In this document: piece after piece, positions 1 to 15,300 of the stretch
How positions within the stretch are numbered: position 1 is the stretch's first letter
Layout: every line of letters starts with the position of its first letter
Assembly (NCBI GenBank): GCA_951406725.2
Contig: OX597824.1
Location: 32,260,001 to 32,384,000, forward strand
Reading direction: 5' to 3'
Source: Octopus vulgaris
Lineage: Eukaryota
DNA: 124,000 nucleotides
The notes under the pieces: model-generated
What the model was told of the DNA's origin: nothing
The model's database searches: none
Seen by the model: only the letters and a program-made list of their open reading frames with translations
Program-made: the position numbers and the translations under genes

Positions 1-245
1 AAGGTGTGACATAGCAGGGCCGAATCTGAAACCATGTAGTTAGGAAGCAGGCTCCTTAACCTAACAGCCATGCAGGCACCTAATTGAAACAAAGACATTA
101 GGAATTTGACTCTTTAAGGAGGAAGGGAAAATCTCTTATGCTTTTTTTACCTTAGAAAACAGAAAAATTTGAAAAACAAAAATCCAATGAAAAAAATTAT
201 GGAGTTTTCAATTAAAAAATGTGATAATTAGCATTATAAACTTAC

Positions 246-382
246 TTTTTAATTGATTCAATTTTTAGATTTCCCCAGTTGATGAATGTTGCAATTTCTC
301 CTTCTTTTAAGGACTCAGCATCTTCTTTCTCAATAATAATATTAGGTCCATAACATACAAGCTTTGTTCCAACAGAATCATT
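246..382 (-). CDS. EPRS: EPRS exon ([45 protein letters not shown])
   Basis: 137 nt, TFINWGN motif. Confidence 0.94.
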
Positions 383-3300
383 CTAAAACATAGAAAAGTA
401 ACAAATTCATATAAAATCCCTGTGAATACCATTGTCACTGCTAGCACCATATTCTATAATCGATGTAATTTATCATGATGATAATGATCATTTAATATCC
501 ACTTTCCATGCTGGCATGGGTTGGATGGTTTGATATGGAGCTAGCCACCTGCAATGTCCAGACCCTAATTGTCTGTTGTGACATGGTTTCTATGGCTGGA
601 TGCCCTTCCTAATGCCAACTATTTTACAGAGTGCATTTTATGTGCCAGTGGCATAGGTGCATTTACACAGCTCTGGCACATGAAGGGACAAGCATGTATG
701 TGTGGAAGACAGCAATATTTCTAAGCTTGACACAGCTTATCAAGTACAGCTAATTGCCACATCTCCCAGTCCCTTGTCATTTCCTCAGTGAGGTCCAAAG
801 TCCAATTATAAATGCTTTATATATGATGGACTTCTTTTAGTTTCTATTATACATGTATCTGAAAGAAGGAATGCACTGCTATAGGATTACCATATATTAT
901 GGAAATGAGGGTTGCAGTTAACAAAAAAAACTCATCTATTATCAGCTAAAGGATGGTTTTAATGAAAAAAAATGTTAAAAATGATCAAACCTTGGGATGC
1001 TTTGCTACTTCTTTTGATGAAGGGGTTGCATCTTTAACAGTAACAGAAACAGCTCCGTCTTTAGTCAGAGCAGTATATCTTGGGACAATTGGATCAATAA
1101 CCTGAAATGAATTATAATATACTTAGTATTACCAATACATAAATACATTAAAACTTTGGTTTTGTCAAGTATATGTGATTATTAAGCTCCTCCAACCGAC
1201 TAACTTTGATATAGATATACAACATAATTATATTTTTATAACCTGTTAGACAAAGTATACCGAGTTTTAGTTAGGTTTAGCACCATTCTTTACAGTCCTT
1301 GAAACACTGAACCAATGATGGATGTTTTACATAGTTGTTCAACCTTCTAGAACCCTGGTTCACAGCTGAGGTAAAATTATCAAAGTTGAGCAATTAGATA
1401 GAATTAACTGTGGTTATCATTGGAAAGACACTAAGCAACACTCTTAATCACATAAAAAAAAATAATAATAACTAGCTGATGATACTTTGCCAGTTTGGAA
1501 AAAGGAATGTAAGTGAATGGGTGGTTGTAAGCTAAAATAAATGATGCATTAGAATAATTCAGTCGCAGAGGTTAATATTTATAAAAGAAATTAAATATTC
1601 AATAATTTATCATAAATTGCTACTAAAATACTTTCCATTGCTCAAAGAAGTAGAATAACAAGAACTATTTTTTTTGGAATGAAAAATTACCTTTTTGTTG
1701 ATTGCCCATATTTTATCCCATTCCATCATGACTATTGATTTTGAAGAACCCTAGAAATAAGTGGAAAATAAATACAAATAAATAGAAAATAAATGAATAT
1801 TCATTTTGGTTGTTTAGGTTTTCCAACAATTTCTCAATTCTTTTTTTATTCTAATCAACAACAAAAAAAAAAATCTATGACTGTAATAAGTTTTCTGTCA
1901 AGGACCAGAGAGGAAATATAATCAATTAAAAAGTTTAAAAAAAAAAATATTATATATAGGTTGATTGAAAAGTAACTCCCTACAGTACCTCACTATGTTG
2001 CAAGATGAGATCTGGCCAGTTATCAGTGCTTGGAAGAATACTGATATTAAAGATTTGATTTTCATGCAAGATGGTGCCACTCTACATTTTGCTCTTGTTG
2101 TTTGTGAATGGCTGAATGTCCACTTTGCTGGGAGATGGATGGGTCATTATGGTCCACGTGAGTGGCCAGCCAGGAGTCCCAATTTAACACCCTGTGATTT
2201 CTTTCTTTTGGGGGTGGTTATAGGAACAAGTCTACTATGCCAAACCAAAGACTTTGGAAGAACTTGAAGGGAGAATACAAGAAGTTATGTCTTCCATCCC
2301 ACAAGAGTTCCTGGTGAAATCAGTTGATGTAATTCCTAGGCGACTCAAGATGCTGGTGGTGACATTAGGAGCCCATACTGAATTTTTAATAAAACCTCAT
2401 ATCAAAAGCTTTCCTCTCATATCCATTCTTCTGTAAAAATTACAATTAATAAATAATTTATAAGTATTTTAAAATAGGGAGTTACTTTTCAATCATTCTG
2501 CATATATAAGTTTGTCATCGTTTGAATTTTTTTGTTCTGTAAACTAGCCGAGTCAGAAATATTATAAAGAAAAAAAAAACCCCAAAAGTAATACAATTTC
2601 TCTGTTCATAAAACTGCATCTTCTGATGGATTCTTTTATTTGTTTCAGTCATTTGACTGTGGCCATGCTGGAGCACCGCCTTTATTCGAGCAAATCGACA
2701 TTCTTTATTTTTCACAATGATTAAACGTGAATTAACAAAGTAATGGTGAAGTTCTTAAGCAGATCAGGCCGAAAATGTCACTAGAAGCTAGGATCACCAA
2801 GCATAGATGGGCATATTTTGGTCATATTATGCGGAGAAAATCCCTGGAGAACGACATCATGCTCGGAATGGTCAGTGGCAAGAGAGGAAGAAGCCGACCA
2901 AGAACCCGCTGGCTTGACACCATCAAGAGTGATACTAGAATGGACACAGCCAATCTGAAAGAAGTGACCCAGGATAGAACTGACTGGAGGTCACTGATCC
3001 ATGGAGTAACCGAGAGTTGACTTCGACTGAGCAGATAGATAGATAAATAGCCTTTGTTTTAATATCAAGGATCAAGTTTTTTTTTACGATAGTATTTCTC
3101 TCCTCCCACTATCTCTCTCTTTCTGTTTATGTATTTCAGTATTTGTTATCTTCTATCTTTTACTTGTTTCAGTCATTAGACTGTGGTCATGCTGGGGCAC
3201 CGCCTAGAAGGATTTTAGTCAAACTAATTGATCCCAGGACTTATTCTATTGGTCTCTTTTGCATAACTGCTAAGTCATGGGAATGTAAACACAACACCGG

Positions 3301-6300
3301 TTGTCAAGAGGTGGGGGGGGGGGATACAAAGACACACACCATGGGCTTATTTCAGTTTTTGTTCATCAAATCCACTCAAGAATTTGGTCATCCTGAAGCT
3401 ATAATAGAAGACACTTGCCGAAGGTGCCTTGCAGTGGGACTGAACTAGGAACCACGTGGTTAGGAAGCAAGCTTCTTACCACACATCCAAAAATATAACA
3501 TTCATCATCATTTTACGTCTGTTGTCCATGCTGGCATGGGTTAGATGATTTGATCAGGGTTGGTAAGTTGGAAGGCTGCACCAGACTCTGGTCTAATTTG
3601 GCATGGTTTTCTATGGCTGAATGCCCTCAGAGTGTAATGGGTGCTTTTTTTACATGCCACTGGCATGGGTGCCATTTGCATGACACCAGTATCTGCCACA
3701 ACGTAATACCAAAGGTCTCGGTCATTGCCTCTTTGAGGCCTAACACTTGAAAGGAACTCAGCCACTTTGCCTCCATGAGGCCTAATGCTCGAAAGGAACT
3801 CAGCCACTTTGCCTCCATGAGGCCTAATGCTCGAAAGGAACTCAGCCACTTTTTGCAACAAAATGTTTAACAAATAAATACAGCAACCATGACGTTCTTT
3901 GTACAAGACTTACTACAAATAAAATTTTGCAATTTCTATTTAATCCAAGCACAACTTACTTGAGCGATTATAAACTGTTTTAAGCCTTCAATAGTCATTC
4001 CTCTTCTTAATATACCACGGACAGTAGGGAAACGAGGATCATCCCTAGAAAAAAAAGATTTATATTGTAGAAGTTTCTCAGACTTTATAAGGAATCTAAC
4101 TCAAGATGTTACTTTTACTAAAGTAGTTTGTGTCAGAGTAATGGGTCAAGTAGAATGAAAGTACAGGGTGGACCAAAATGATCTGACACATTTGGAGGTT
4201 TAATAAAAGCACAAAATAAGAAAAAATGAAAAGAAAAATTTTATTTTCTGAATTCACCATTCCAGAAGAAATGATCCATAGAGTTATCAATAACTTTCAT
4301 GAACGTCTCCAACTGATTTAAGTTTTAAAACTTAATGAAATAAAATGGCATTATATGTACATTCAGAAAATAAAATGTTTCTTTTCATTATTTTATTTTG
4401 TGCTTTTATTAAGCCTCCAAATGTGTCAGATCATCATCATTTTAAGTGTCTACTTTTCCATGCTTGCATGGACCAGACAGAGTTTATTGAGGCAGATTTT
4501 ATATGGTCGAATGCCTTTCCTATTGTCAACCCTCACGATATTTCCTCATGGTCAGGCATGTTTTTGCAGAGTATTGGAAATAAACGAGACTGTTTATATG
4601 AAAGACATTCATTTACAGCTATTGCATGATGTTAAGACAAGGAGACAAAAACACACACATATATGTAGAGATGTGGGTGAGTAAGTATACAACAAGCTTC
4701 TTTCAGTTTCTGTCAATCAAATCCACTCATAAAGCTTTGGTTGGCATGGAGCAACAGTAGAAAACACTTGTCCAAGGTGCCATGCACTGAGGCTGAATCT
4801 GAAACTAGATGGTTGGGAAGCAAACTTCTTAATCACACAGCCCCACCTATGCCAATCAATATCTATAAAGTTGAAATGCGAAAAAGTTGTTTGATTTCTT
4901 GGTTATTTGTCTCATTTTGGTATGGAAACGGTTTAAGGGGCGGTAGATGGGGTCGGATTGGTGCCAAAATTTACACTGGGGGGTAAAATGGGGTGGGCAA
5001 TGGTGTGAGGAAGGTTGCAAAGTTGCTCAGGGCTACTGTTTGGTTGCCATGGTGAGGAATATGGGAAAAATTGAGTTTTAAAGAAGATAAAGATGAAGAA
5101 AAAATTTGAAAAATAAGAAAAAGAAGAGGGCAATAAAAAGAACCAGGCAAAGAAGACGAACAAAAGAAGGAAGGGAAAAGGAGACAACACGCACAAAAGG
5201 AACACCACCACCAAAACCCGAGCGAGGCACGGGTCAAAATAGTTAGTCTGTAAGAAACAGCAGTCAAATCACAGACTACTGATTTAAAAAAAAAAAAAAA
5301 AAGGAACAGCATATTGGATACTATAGCCTGAAAACAGGATGAGGAAGGGCAAGATATTATAAATACTGAACTGATGATAAAGGTGAGGCAAAGACAGGGA
5401 AACAAACAATACTTACCAACCATCAACATGTTTTTCGTTCACAAACCAAGTGAGTTTTCGCTTGGACAAAACAGTGTTTTGTAGATTCAATCGGCTGTAC
5501 TCATAGAGATAAGGTTCACGTAAACCTAGAAGAAAAACATTTCAACTTTTTATCTCAAGCTAAAAAGAAATTTTGGAACATTTATAATTATAGTGTGTTA
5601 TTTTGTGTTAAAAACCTCTTCAATGGAAAAAGTCAAAGGCTGCCCATGCGACTTATCTTTTACTTTATTAGACTGCGTCCATGTTAGGGCACTGCCTTGA
5701 AGAATATTTAGCTGAACAAATCAACCCCAGTATTTATTTTTAAAAACTTGGTACTTATTCTAGCTGTCTTTTTTGCTGAACTGCTAAGTTATGGGGATGT
5801 AAACACACCAACACTGGTTGTCAAGCGCAGTGGTGGGAGACAAACAGACACAAAGATATATACGATAGGTTTCTTTCAGTTTCTGTCCCCCAAATCCACT
5901 CGCAAGGCTTTGGTCTGCCTGAAGCTACAGTAGAAGATACTTGGCCAAGATACCACGCAGTGGGACTGAACCTGGAACCATGTAGTTGAGAAGTAAGCTT
6001 CTTACCACAGAGCCATGCCTAAGTAAAACTTTCTAAGATTCTCCATTTTGAATTTAGCAAAAACATCAAAGAATCAAAGGTTTGGCTCAGGACTAAACTG
6101 AATCAAAAGAGGTTTACCCACAGGGAACATCTAAAAATGCTTTATCACAGATTGATTAATTTGTATTTTGAAACTGATTCAATACCTTAAGTTCTTCACT
6201 TATGATGTAACTATATTTTGGAGAAAATATGGAAAATGCTCTCTCTCTTTCATATGCACCTTGTACCTTGAGAATACATCCTCACCAACTCTCTCTCTTT

Positions 6301-9300
6301 TCCAGACGCAGAAACCATGTATTCACCTCTTCAACAAGACACTTGTTCCTATCCTGTTATCGTACTTTCACCTCCTCCAATGTTATGTTCCACTCAGTTG
6401 AGGAATCTTGTCTCGCAAGTACTTAGTGACATCATTTGTGCCAATGCCACATAAAAAAGCATCACCCAGTATACTCTATTAATGTGGCTGGTGTTAGGAA
6501 GTGTATCCAGCCATAGAAACCATGCCAAGGCAGATGCTGGAGCTTGATGCAGTCCTCTGGCCCTTGTTAAACTGTCCAACCCATGCCAGCATGGAATAAA
6601 GGAGATTAAATAATGATGATGATGAGGATGGTTAATCATGTTCTTAATGAATAAATTAAGAAAGAAATTGCAAAACATAGGATCAGAAAGAAGAACAGGA
6701 TAGATAATATTTGAAGTGTAAATCTACAGATTTATAACTTTTGTGAAAAGTATTGTGTTGTTATTTTTTAGAAAATATTATTTCTACAATGTAACTCCTA
6801 CCTGCATTATGCTTAATGTTAGAAAAAGTAATTAACACATTGGCTCCAATAACTAATACAAAAAAAAAAAAAAAAAAAGAAAAACCCTGAAAATTTAAAA
6901 CCATCAAACCCCTAATCATCATCATCCTTTAATGTTCATTTTCAATGCTGGAATGGGTTGGACGGTTTGACCATAGCTGGCAAGTGAGAGAGCTGCACCA
7001 GTTTGATATGGCTGGGTGCCCTTGCTAATGCCAACCACTTTACAGTGTGTGCTGGGTACTTTTAATGTGGCACCAGCACAGGACTCTTGCAGGCCAATCC
7101 TCTTCATTAGGGGATGTGGCCTTAACACTTCTGCTGAGGAGGACGGATCTTCTTGAGTACAGCAAAGCATCAGGTATACCAGTCCTTTGTCATCTCATCC
7201 AAAAGGTTCAGCATTCAGAGATCATCCTAAGAATATATTAACTCTGATGTACACTGAATTATTGGGAAATCTTACCAAGTTTATTTAACTTATTGGTTAA
7301 ACAGTCAGTCTTTTGCTTTGTTTTTCAGCTGCCTAAAAATCAAGATAACCATGTGACAGCCCCACTTCATTAAAGCGGTGGTGGACTAAGAAAGATGTCA
7401 CTGAAAAGGTTGTCAATGGCAACGAAAGGAAAAATAAAGACAAATAAATAACTGACTGTTTAGCACCAAGTTAAACAATTGATCGATTAGTTAGTTGTAT
7501 CTTACCAAGCTTTTTCAGAATCCAGAAATACTGCTCATCTCTGTCGTGATATTCAGTTGTACGAAGAGCATGGGTCACACCCTCTATACTGTCCACAATA
7601 GGACAAGCAAAGTCATAAGTTGGGTACACTCTGAAAATATAATGGATAAATGATTGAAAGAAGAAATCTATCTTTAGATTTACTAAACAGAATCAGCAAT
7701 GCAATGAATAAAAAAGAAGTACATAAAATAAAAATATTGATAGAAATATACTTAATAAGCACAAGGTGAGGTACATGACCTAGCGGTTAAACAGTGGCAC
7801 TCGTGATCATGGTTTCAATTCCCTGACCAGGCAGTGTGTTCTGGGTCTTGAGTCAAACACTTCACTTTTATGTTGCTGCTGTCCACTCAGTTATGAATAA
7901 GTAACCCTGTAATAGACTGGCATCCTGTTGAAGGGAAATATGATCTCAGCAACCTATACACCATGGAAACTGGGTAAGTGACTCTGAGTCCTAGGGCTTC
8001 AAATAGTAATGTTTAATGAGCACACTAGTCCAAGTAGGAAGGCCAATGACTGTCTGGTTATACTTTGCTGTTAGGGAGATAAAGGTACATGGCTCAGTGG
8101 TTAGAGCATTGGGCTTATAATCACAAAATTATGAGTTCGATTCCTGGACCAGGCTACGTGTTAGGTTCTTGAGCAAGACACTTTATTTTTCATGTTATTC
8201 CAGTTCACTAAGCTGTAGAAATGAGTTGTGACATCACTGGTGCCAAGCAGTATCAGCCTTTGCCTTTCCCTTAGATAACATTGGTGACGTGGCGAGGAGA
8301 GGCTAGTGTGCATGGGTGACTGCTGGTCTTCCATAAACAACCTTGTCCAGACTTGTACCTCGGAAGGTGTCTTTGTAAGTGCAATCCCATGGTCATTTAT
8401 GACAGAAGAGGGTCTTTTAGGGAGATTAATGTGAAATTTTTATAGGTTTGCAGTAGGACAGAAGATATGAAGAGAAAGGAAGTTGCAGAGGTATTCAGTT
8501 ATGAGCAAGAAAACGTTAACTGGTTGGTATGAAGCCTTTGAGATGAAAGGGAATGGGAAGAAACATGTGTAACAACTGAGTTTAAGAAGAAATAACAGAA
8601 TTTCCACACAGCTAAGTGCAGGTATTGGCTGAAAAAGTTTGCTTCCCAACCATGTGATTTCAAGTTCAGTCCCACTGCATGACTTCTTGGGCAAGTGTCT
8701 TCTACGGCCAGGAGTTGACCAATGCCTTGTGAGTAGATTCAGTAGACAAGAAATGAAAGGAGATTGTTGTGTGTGTGTGTGTGCATGAATGCACCTGTGT
8801 GAGTACACGTGTCTAAACATTACATGATAGTTGTAAATGAGCATCACTGTCATACAAGCGAGGTTGTTTGGTTCCAGTCTTTTGTGAAAAAAAAAAAAAT
8901 CTTGCCATAGGGAAATATCATTATGTTTGAAAAAAAGAGGGGAAGTTGATGACAGGAAGGGCATCTGACCATAGAAAATCTACCTCAACAAATTTTGTCT
9001 GCCCCAGGTAAGCATAGAAAAGTGGACATTAGAATGATGATAAAATAATAATCCTTTCTACTAAAGGCATAAAGGCCTGAAATTTTTAGGAGGGGTATGC
9101 TGATTTCATCAACCCCAGTGTTTCGCTGGTACTTAATTTACCAACCCATAAAAGATGAAAAGCAAAGACGACCCAGGTGAAATATGAACTCAGAATGTGA
9201 AGATGGAAGAAAAACTGCTAAGCATTTTGCCTGGTGTGGTAACAATTCTGCCAGCTTGCAGCTTTATGATGAAATAATAATCATCATCATTTAATGTCCA

Positions 9301-12300
9301 TTTCCATCTGGTATGGGTTGTATGGCTTGACAGGAGCTGGTAAAGCCAGAAGCTGCATCAGGCTCCACTGTCTACTTTGGCATGGTTTCTACAATTAGAT
9401 GTGCTTCCAAGGTGACATCTCAGAGTGGTGAGAATAAGTGGGGCAAATGATAGAGTAAAATGATGGAGTGAAATATAGGTAGGTATGTGGGTATTAAGGG
9501 TAATAGTAGTTAAGCAAGGTGTTAATGATAGAGGACATTATAGGGGAGAGAAGACATAGAAAGGAGGTGATTGGTGGGAATGGGAAATGGTTTAGGGTGG
9601 TGAAAGAGATAACTGAAGAAGCAGGTGGATGTAATATGCACCTATTCTGTTCTCAAGTGATGGGTGTTAGGGGATAAAAGGTGAGGGGAAAATGGTTGAC
9701 GAGGGAGAGCCCTAATAAGTATTGGCAGACATTTCACTAGTGAGCTTGTAAACTGATCAAGAAATTAGACTATTGGAAAGTGTATTTCTTGATACACTAC
9801 GCCAGAAAAACTAAATGATTATACTCTGATCATAGTTCTGCCCTGTCAGGGTTATCTTGGAGTTAAATGATAAATAGTAGAAGTAATGTATGATGTAGAC
9901 TATTTATTGTTATAAACCCAAACTTGAATATCAAAGTTTTAAAAGGTTTCACGTACAGTCTCTCCAGAGTTTGAATTGCTTCTGAGTAATTCTCACATTC
10001 ACTTATGAGTTCGTAAACATCTTTATCTATGTGTGCTATTAAACACCTAAGTTTGCTTTCATCCGTTGTTAGGTGGTTCAGCAGGAAATGATTCTAAAAA
10101 ATTTTTTAAAGTTCTGAACCAATATTTCCATTCTTTCAAAGCTTGACTTGAACTTGGATCAGCAGTGAACAAACTTGGATCAGCAGTGAACAAATTTGGT
10201 TTTATAAATTTGCTGTCCATTCTCTCTCTCTCTAGCTATAATTTAGTTGATTAAATTGTCATAAACCCAAACTCGAATATCAAAGTTTTAAAAGGTTTCA
10301 CGTACAAGAAAAATATACTTTTAATAATTGTCTTACTTGTATTTGTCACCTGTTCTGATGTGAATCTCTGGTTTACAACGGTAAAGTGTTGGATCACGCA
10401 TACAACCGTTAGCAGAATTCATGTCAATCTTAGCACGAACACAACATTTTGTTCCAAATTCTGTACCTGATTTCATTTCTTCCCACATTTTCAAGTTTTC
10501 AGCTGTGCCTGGTTAGTATAAAATAAACAGAAAATTAAGGATTCTCATTATAATCTCTTGACCTGCTAGAAATAGAAGCCAAAGCCCTTCAAATTACACC
10601 TAGCTTTTTACAAAAGACAGACACATTGAATAATGTAGTCTACTGTTTAGAAAAAAAAAAAGAATAGTTATGGTTGGAATACCTTCAATATAGAGCTGCT
10701 CAATCAGGTTTCATACAAAACTAAACAACAAATTTTTGTGTTGATAAAGTATATTTGTCCAGTTGACTATGATTAATGATCAATCAAAGCCTAGCTTGCA
10801 TTCCAGTAGTAAGTAATAAACCACTGGTCTGCCCCCATGTGAGCTTTTCTACAGCTACAGTGTTGCTGCACCAATAAATCCAAGCACAGTCAGAGCATTG
10901 CACAATGAAGGCCCAATTTAGTGTTTATCTCATTTGTTAAAGTCTAATATTTTGAAATTTGATCTCCACTTCTTACAACAGACATCGTACATGGCTGCTT
11001 GACCTGCCAGAAACAACAACCAAATCTCTCTCAAACTATAACCAACCATCTTAACCTTTAGCATTCAGATTTCTCAGTCAAATGTAATACTTATTTATTC
11101 ACATTGTTTTGAATTAACCAGGAATTATTTTGTAGCTTTGAGATTTTGATGAGGTAATTCTTAATTTTTAGAAAGAAATTGTAGGGTTGGTGTGAGAGGC
11201 CAGATCTGGCCAGTTTGGACATAAAACAGGTAGAATATTTTGGTTGGATACGGCCAGTTTAAATTTCCTGACCACATTAGTTAATGTGGTCAAAGGTGCA
11301 CTATGTTTGATGAGCTGATCGAAGGTGGCAAGCTGGCAGAAACGTTAGCACGCCGGGCGAAATGCTTTGAGGTATTTCGTCTGCCGCTACGTTCCGAGTT
11401 CAAATTCCGCCGAGGTCGACTTTGCCTTTCATCCTTTCGGGGTCGATAAATTAAGTACCAGTTACGCACTGGGGTCAATGTAATCGACTTAATACCTATG
11501 TCTGTCCTTGTTTGTCCCCTCTGTGTTTAGCCCCTTGTGGGTAATAAAGAAATAGGTATTTTGTCTGTCGCTACGTTCTGAGTTCAAATTCCGTCGAGGT
11601 CGACTTTGCCTTTCATCCTTTCGGGGTCGATTAAACAAGTACCAGTTACGCACTGGGGTTGATATAATCGACTTGATTCGCTTGTTTGTCCTTTTTTTGT
11701 TTAGCCCCTTGTGGGTAGTAAAAAAATAGGTTAAAATGTTGTTGATTACAGTTCTGTTCAATCAGAGCCAATTTAGGATTAAGCAACAATAGTATTTTAA
11801 TTGCTATGTTGCAAAGCATCAGAACAAACAGCATAGCAATACCATGGATCAAGGCATGAAAAGGACAGAAGTCATGTAATGCAAGTGAATTTACTAACAC
11901 AAACTATAGAAGGTCAGTCAACACGCTACAGAGAACTACATATACTTGGCATTACACACAACAAGCAAACTCCTTCAGGAACTTACTTTGATTTCTTCGT
12001 GCTGATTCTTTCTTTTCTTCTCTTTCTTGTTTCATAACGTCAGGATTGGTATCGTCAACATAGGCATGACCTTCTTTGATTAGTTTCAAACAAAGATCAA
12101 GCAGGACATCAAAATGGTCAGATGTATAGCTTAGAACATCATACTTAATGCCAAGTAGTTCGACATCTTTGAGAATTACCTGTTTAAAATATTGTATCAA
12201 TAAACATGTAAGATATTGTTTTCAATGTTTAACAAATTATATATAAAGGCTTTTTTTTCTTTTTTTGCATGCGCCCTCAAAAAGTCTGGCTTGGTGTCCA

Positions 12301-15300
12301 GTAAGACCACTAGGCGTGAGGCACCCCTTATATACACACAGGTGGCATGTAAAAAACACCATTTCGAGCGTGGTCGTTGCCAGTACTGCCAGACTGGCCC
12401 TCGTGCCGGTGGCACGTAAAAGCACCCACTACACTCTCGGAGTGGTTGGCGTTAGGAAGGGCATCCAGCTATAGAAACTCTGCCAGATCAGATTGGAACC
12501 TGGCGCAGCCATCTGGTTCTCCAGTCCTCAGTCAAATCGTCCAACCGATGCTAGCATGGAAAGCGGACGTTAAATGATGATGATGTCTCTAGAACCCACT
12601 TCAAACCCAGGCTACATCTGATAATTGGAAGTGACTTGGTTGGTGAATCCTCTGCAATGCTTGACAATCAACAGCAAGATGAGCTACTACAGATCACAGT
12701 ATCCCAAAAGGTGTATGTGTGTGAACTTGTATCTCCATTGAAACTCTAAACATTTGGTCAGAGCTGGCTCAACTCACCACAGGGGAATGCCACTGCAAGT
12801 ACAAGTAGCAAAAAAAAAAAAGGGGGTTTCGAGCTCTTTGTTTTAAAAATACTTGAAATTCATTCATCATAGGTGGAACTTATGTACCACACCCATCTAA
12901 CCAAGTGGCCAATGATTATAAAACTCTTGTTCCAACAATTCAATGCTGACCTCACTAAATGCTGAAGAATCAACCAAGCACAAAGACATTGTATTTTACC
13001 ATTCACTAAGTTTATTACATAAACATCTTTCTATAATATATAATTTTCTAGATGGTGTAATTTAATTTTTCATTATTGAATTGATAAAAGGTGGTTTTTC
13101 TAATTTATATATATATATATATATATACATATATACACTTACACATATATACACACACAAATATATATACATATGCACACATACATACATCTATCTATGA
13201 GTGCGTCATTGTGTCTGTGTTTGTCCCCGTCAACTACTGGATAACCGATGTTGGTGTATTTACATCCCTGTAACTTAGCAGTTAAGAGACTAACAAAACA
13301 AGTGCCAGGTTTAAAGACAAAAACAAATAATGACTAAAAGTTCTTCAAGGTTGAACTGGCAAATATCATAATTTCATTCTGAAATCTAAAATCAGCAGAA
13401 TGCAGTTACATGGGAAATTACAATAATGACTACAGAAAAGGGTTAATAAATTTTGTTACCTGCTCAAATACATCACTTTCCTTGGCAGGGTTTGTGTCAT
13501 CAAATCTCAAAATCAAACGTCCTTCAAACAATTTTTGATAATATTGATTTAACAAAGCAGCTTTTGCATGGCCAACATGAAGATAACTGAAAAATATATT
13601 AAAAATAATAATGAAGAAAATATTATATGCAAAAAAATAATGCTCCAATTTTTTTTCTCTTAGGTAAAGGTGTGGTTGTGTAGGAAGAAGCTTACTTCCC
13701 GACGTGTTTCCAGGTTCAGTCGCACTCTGTGAAACCTTGGACAAGAGTCTTCAACTATAGCCTTGAGCTGACCAAAGCCTTGTGAATGGATGTGGTAGAC
13801 AGAAACTGAAAGAAGTCCACTGTATATCATCATCATCATCATCATCGTTTAGCGTCCGCTTTCCATGCTAGCATGGGTTGGACGATTTGACTGAGGTCTG
13901 GCGAACCAGACTCCAATCTGATCTGGCAGAGTTTCAACAGCTGGATGCCCTTCCTAATGCCAACCACTCCGAGAGTGTAGTGGGTGCTTTTACGTGCCAG
14001 TTAGGTGGTACTGGTAACGGCCACACTCAAATGGTGCATTTTATGTGCCACCTGCACAGGAGCCAGTCCAGCAGCACTGGCAACGACCTCGCTCTAATGT
14101 TGTTGTATTTGGGGATGGTTATGTTACCAGTTTAGCCAATAAAAACACACGCACTATATATTTGGGGTTCACTTGCTTCAGCTTTATTTTATAGTAATCG
14201 TATTTCAGTCAGAGTTCTTTCGTCACACTTCTGTGACCTCATCAGTGGTCCTTTGCTTTCTTCTTTCTTTTTTGTGTGTCTTTCCTACCGAAATACGATT
14301 ACTATAAAATAAAGTTGAAGCAAGTGAACACCAAATATATAGTGCATGTGTTTTTATTGGCTAAACTGGCAACGTGACCATCCCCAAATACAACAGTATC
14401 TGTTTAAACACACGAATTCACATCAAGAATCTTGCAAAACGAATATATGAACGTATATATGTGTGTATGTGTGTATATATACTTATATCTATGTGTGTGT
14501 ATTTATCACCCACCACCGCCTGACAACTGGTGTTGGTGTGTGTATGTCCCTGTAGCTTAGCAGTTCAGCAAAAAGATAGAATAAACATGAGGCTTAAAAG
14601 CAAATAAGTACAGGGGTTGATGCATTTAACTAAAAATTCTTCAAGGTGGTGCCCCAGCATGGCCATCGTTTAATGACTGAAACAAGTTAAAGAGTAAAGA
14701 TACAGAAAAAGGCCCCAAAATGCTAAAATGCATCTGATGCTCTTGATTGACACTGCTGGGACAAATTTTTGCCTTGCTCCTCTGATATTGTGATTTTAAC
14801 ATAGCAAGTTCATAAGCGATGTTATTTCAGGACAAATGCTGCAGTAACTGGCCTATCAAACTGTGTATACATTAAGTATGATACACAGATGGCTATTTTA
14901 ATCCAACACTGACTCAGTTGCATACACTAGATTTATAATCACATATATATTTTTTTGTCAATGAAAAACAATATATAGCAAAAAAATATTCAAAGCTAAA
15001 ACCCAAAGGTCAAAAGATGTTTGTTTCAATCCATCCTCTCCCAGAAAATCTCCAATTTGATACCAACTGATTTCTGACTATGATGCCTTACCCACTTGCT
15101 TCTGGAGGGAATCTTACTACTACTTCTCCTTTTTTAGCATTTGGCAAGTCAACAAATTTGCCTTCTTCTTTTCGGCCCTGAAACAAAGAACACAAACAAA
15201 AAATGTATAAGAATGAAACTTAGAAAAATTAAATAGAGATCGTATGTGAGAAGTGTTATTATAATACAACCATTACATATAAAACATATAAGAATAAAAT

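Noticed and set aside
3780-3850. Short spaced direct repeats suggestive of CRISPR (also 90740-90960)
   Set aside because: Tandem ~36-bp units without unique spacers, inside a retroposon; eukaryotic context; no cas genes.
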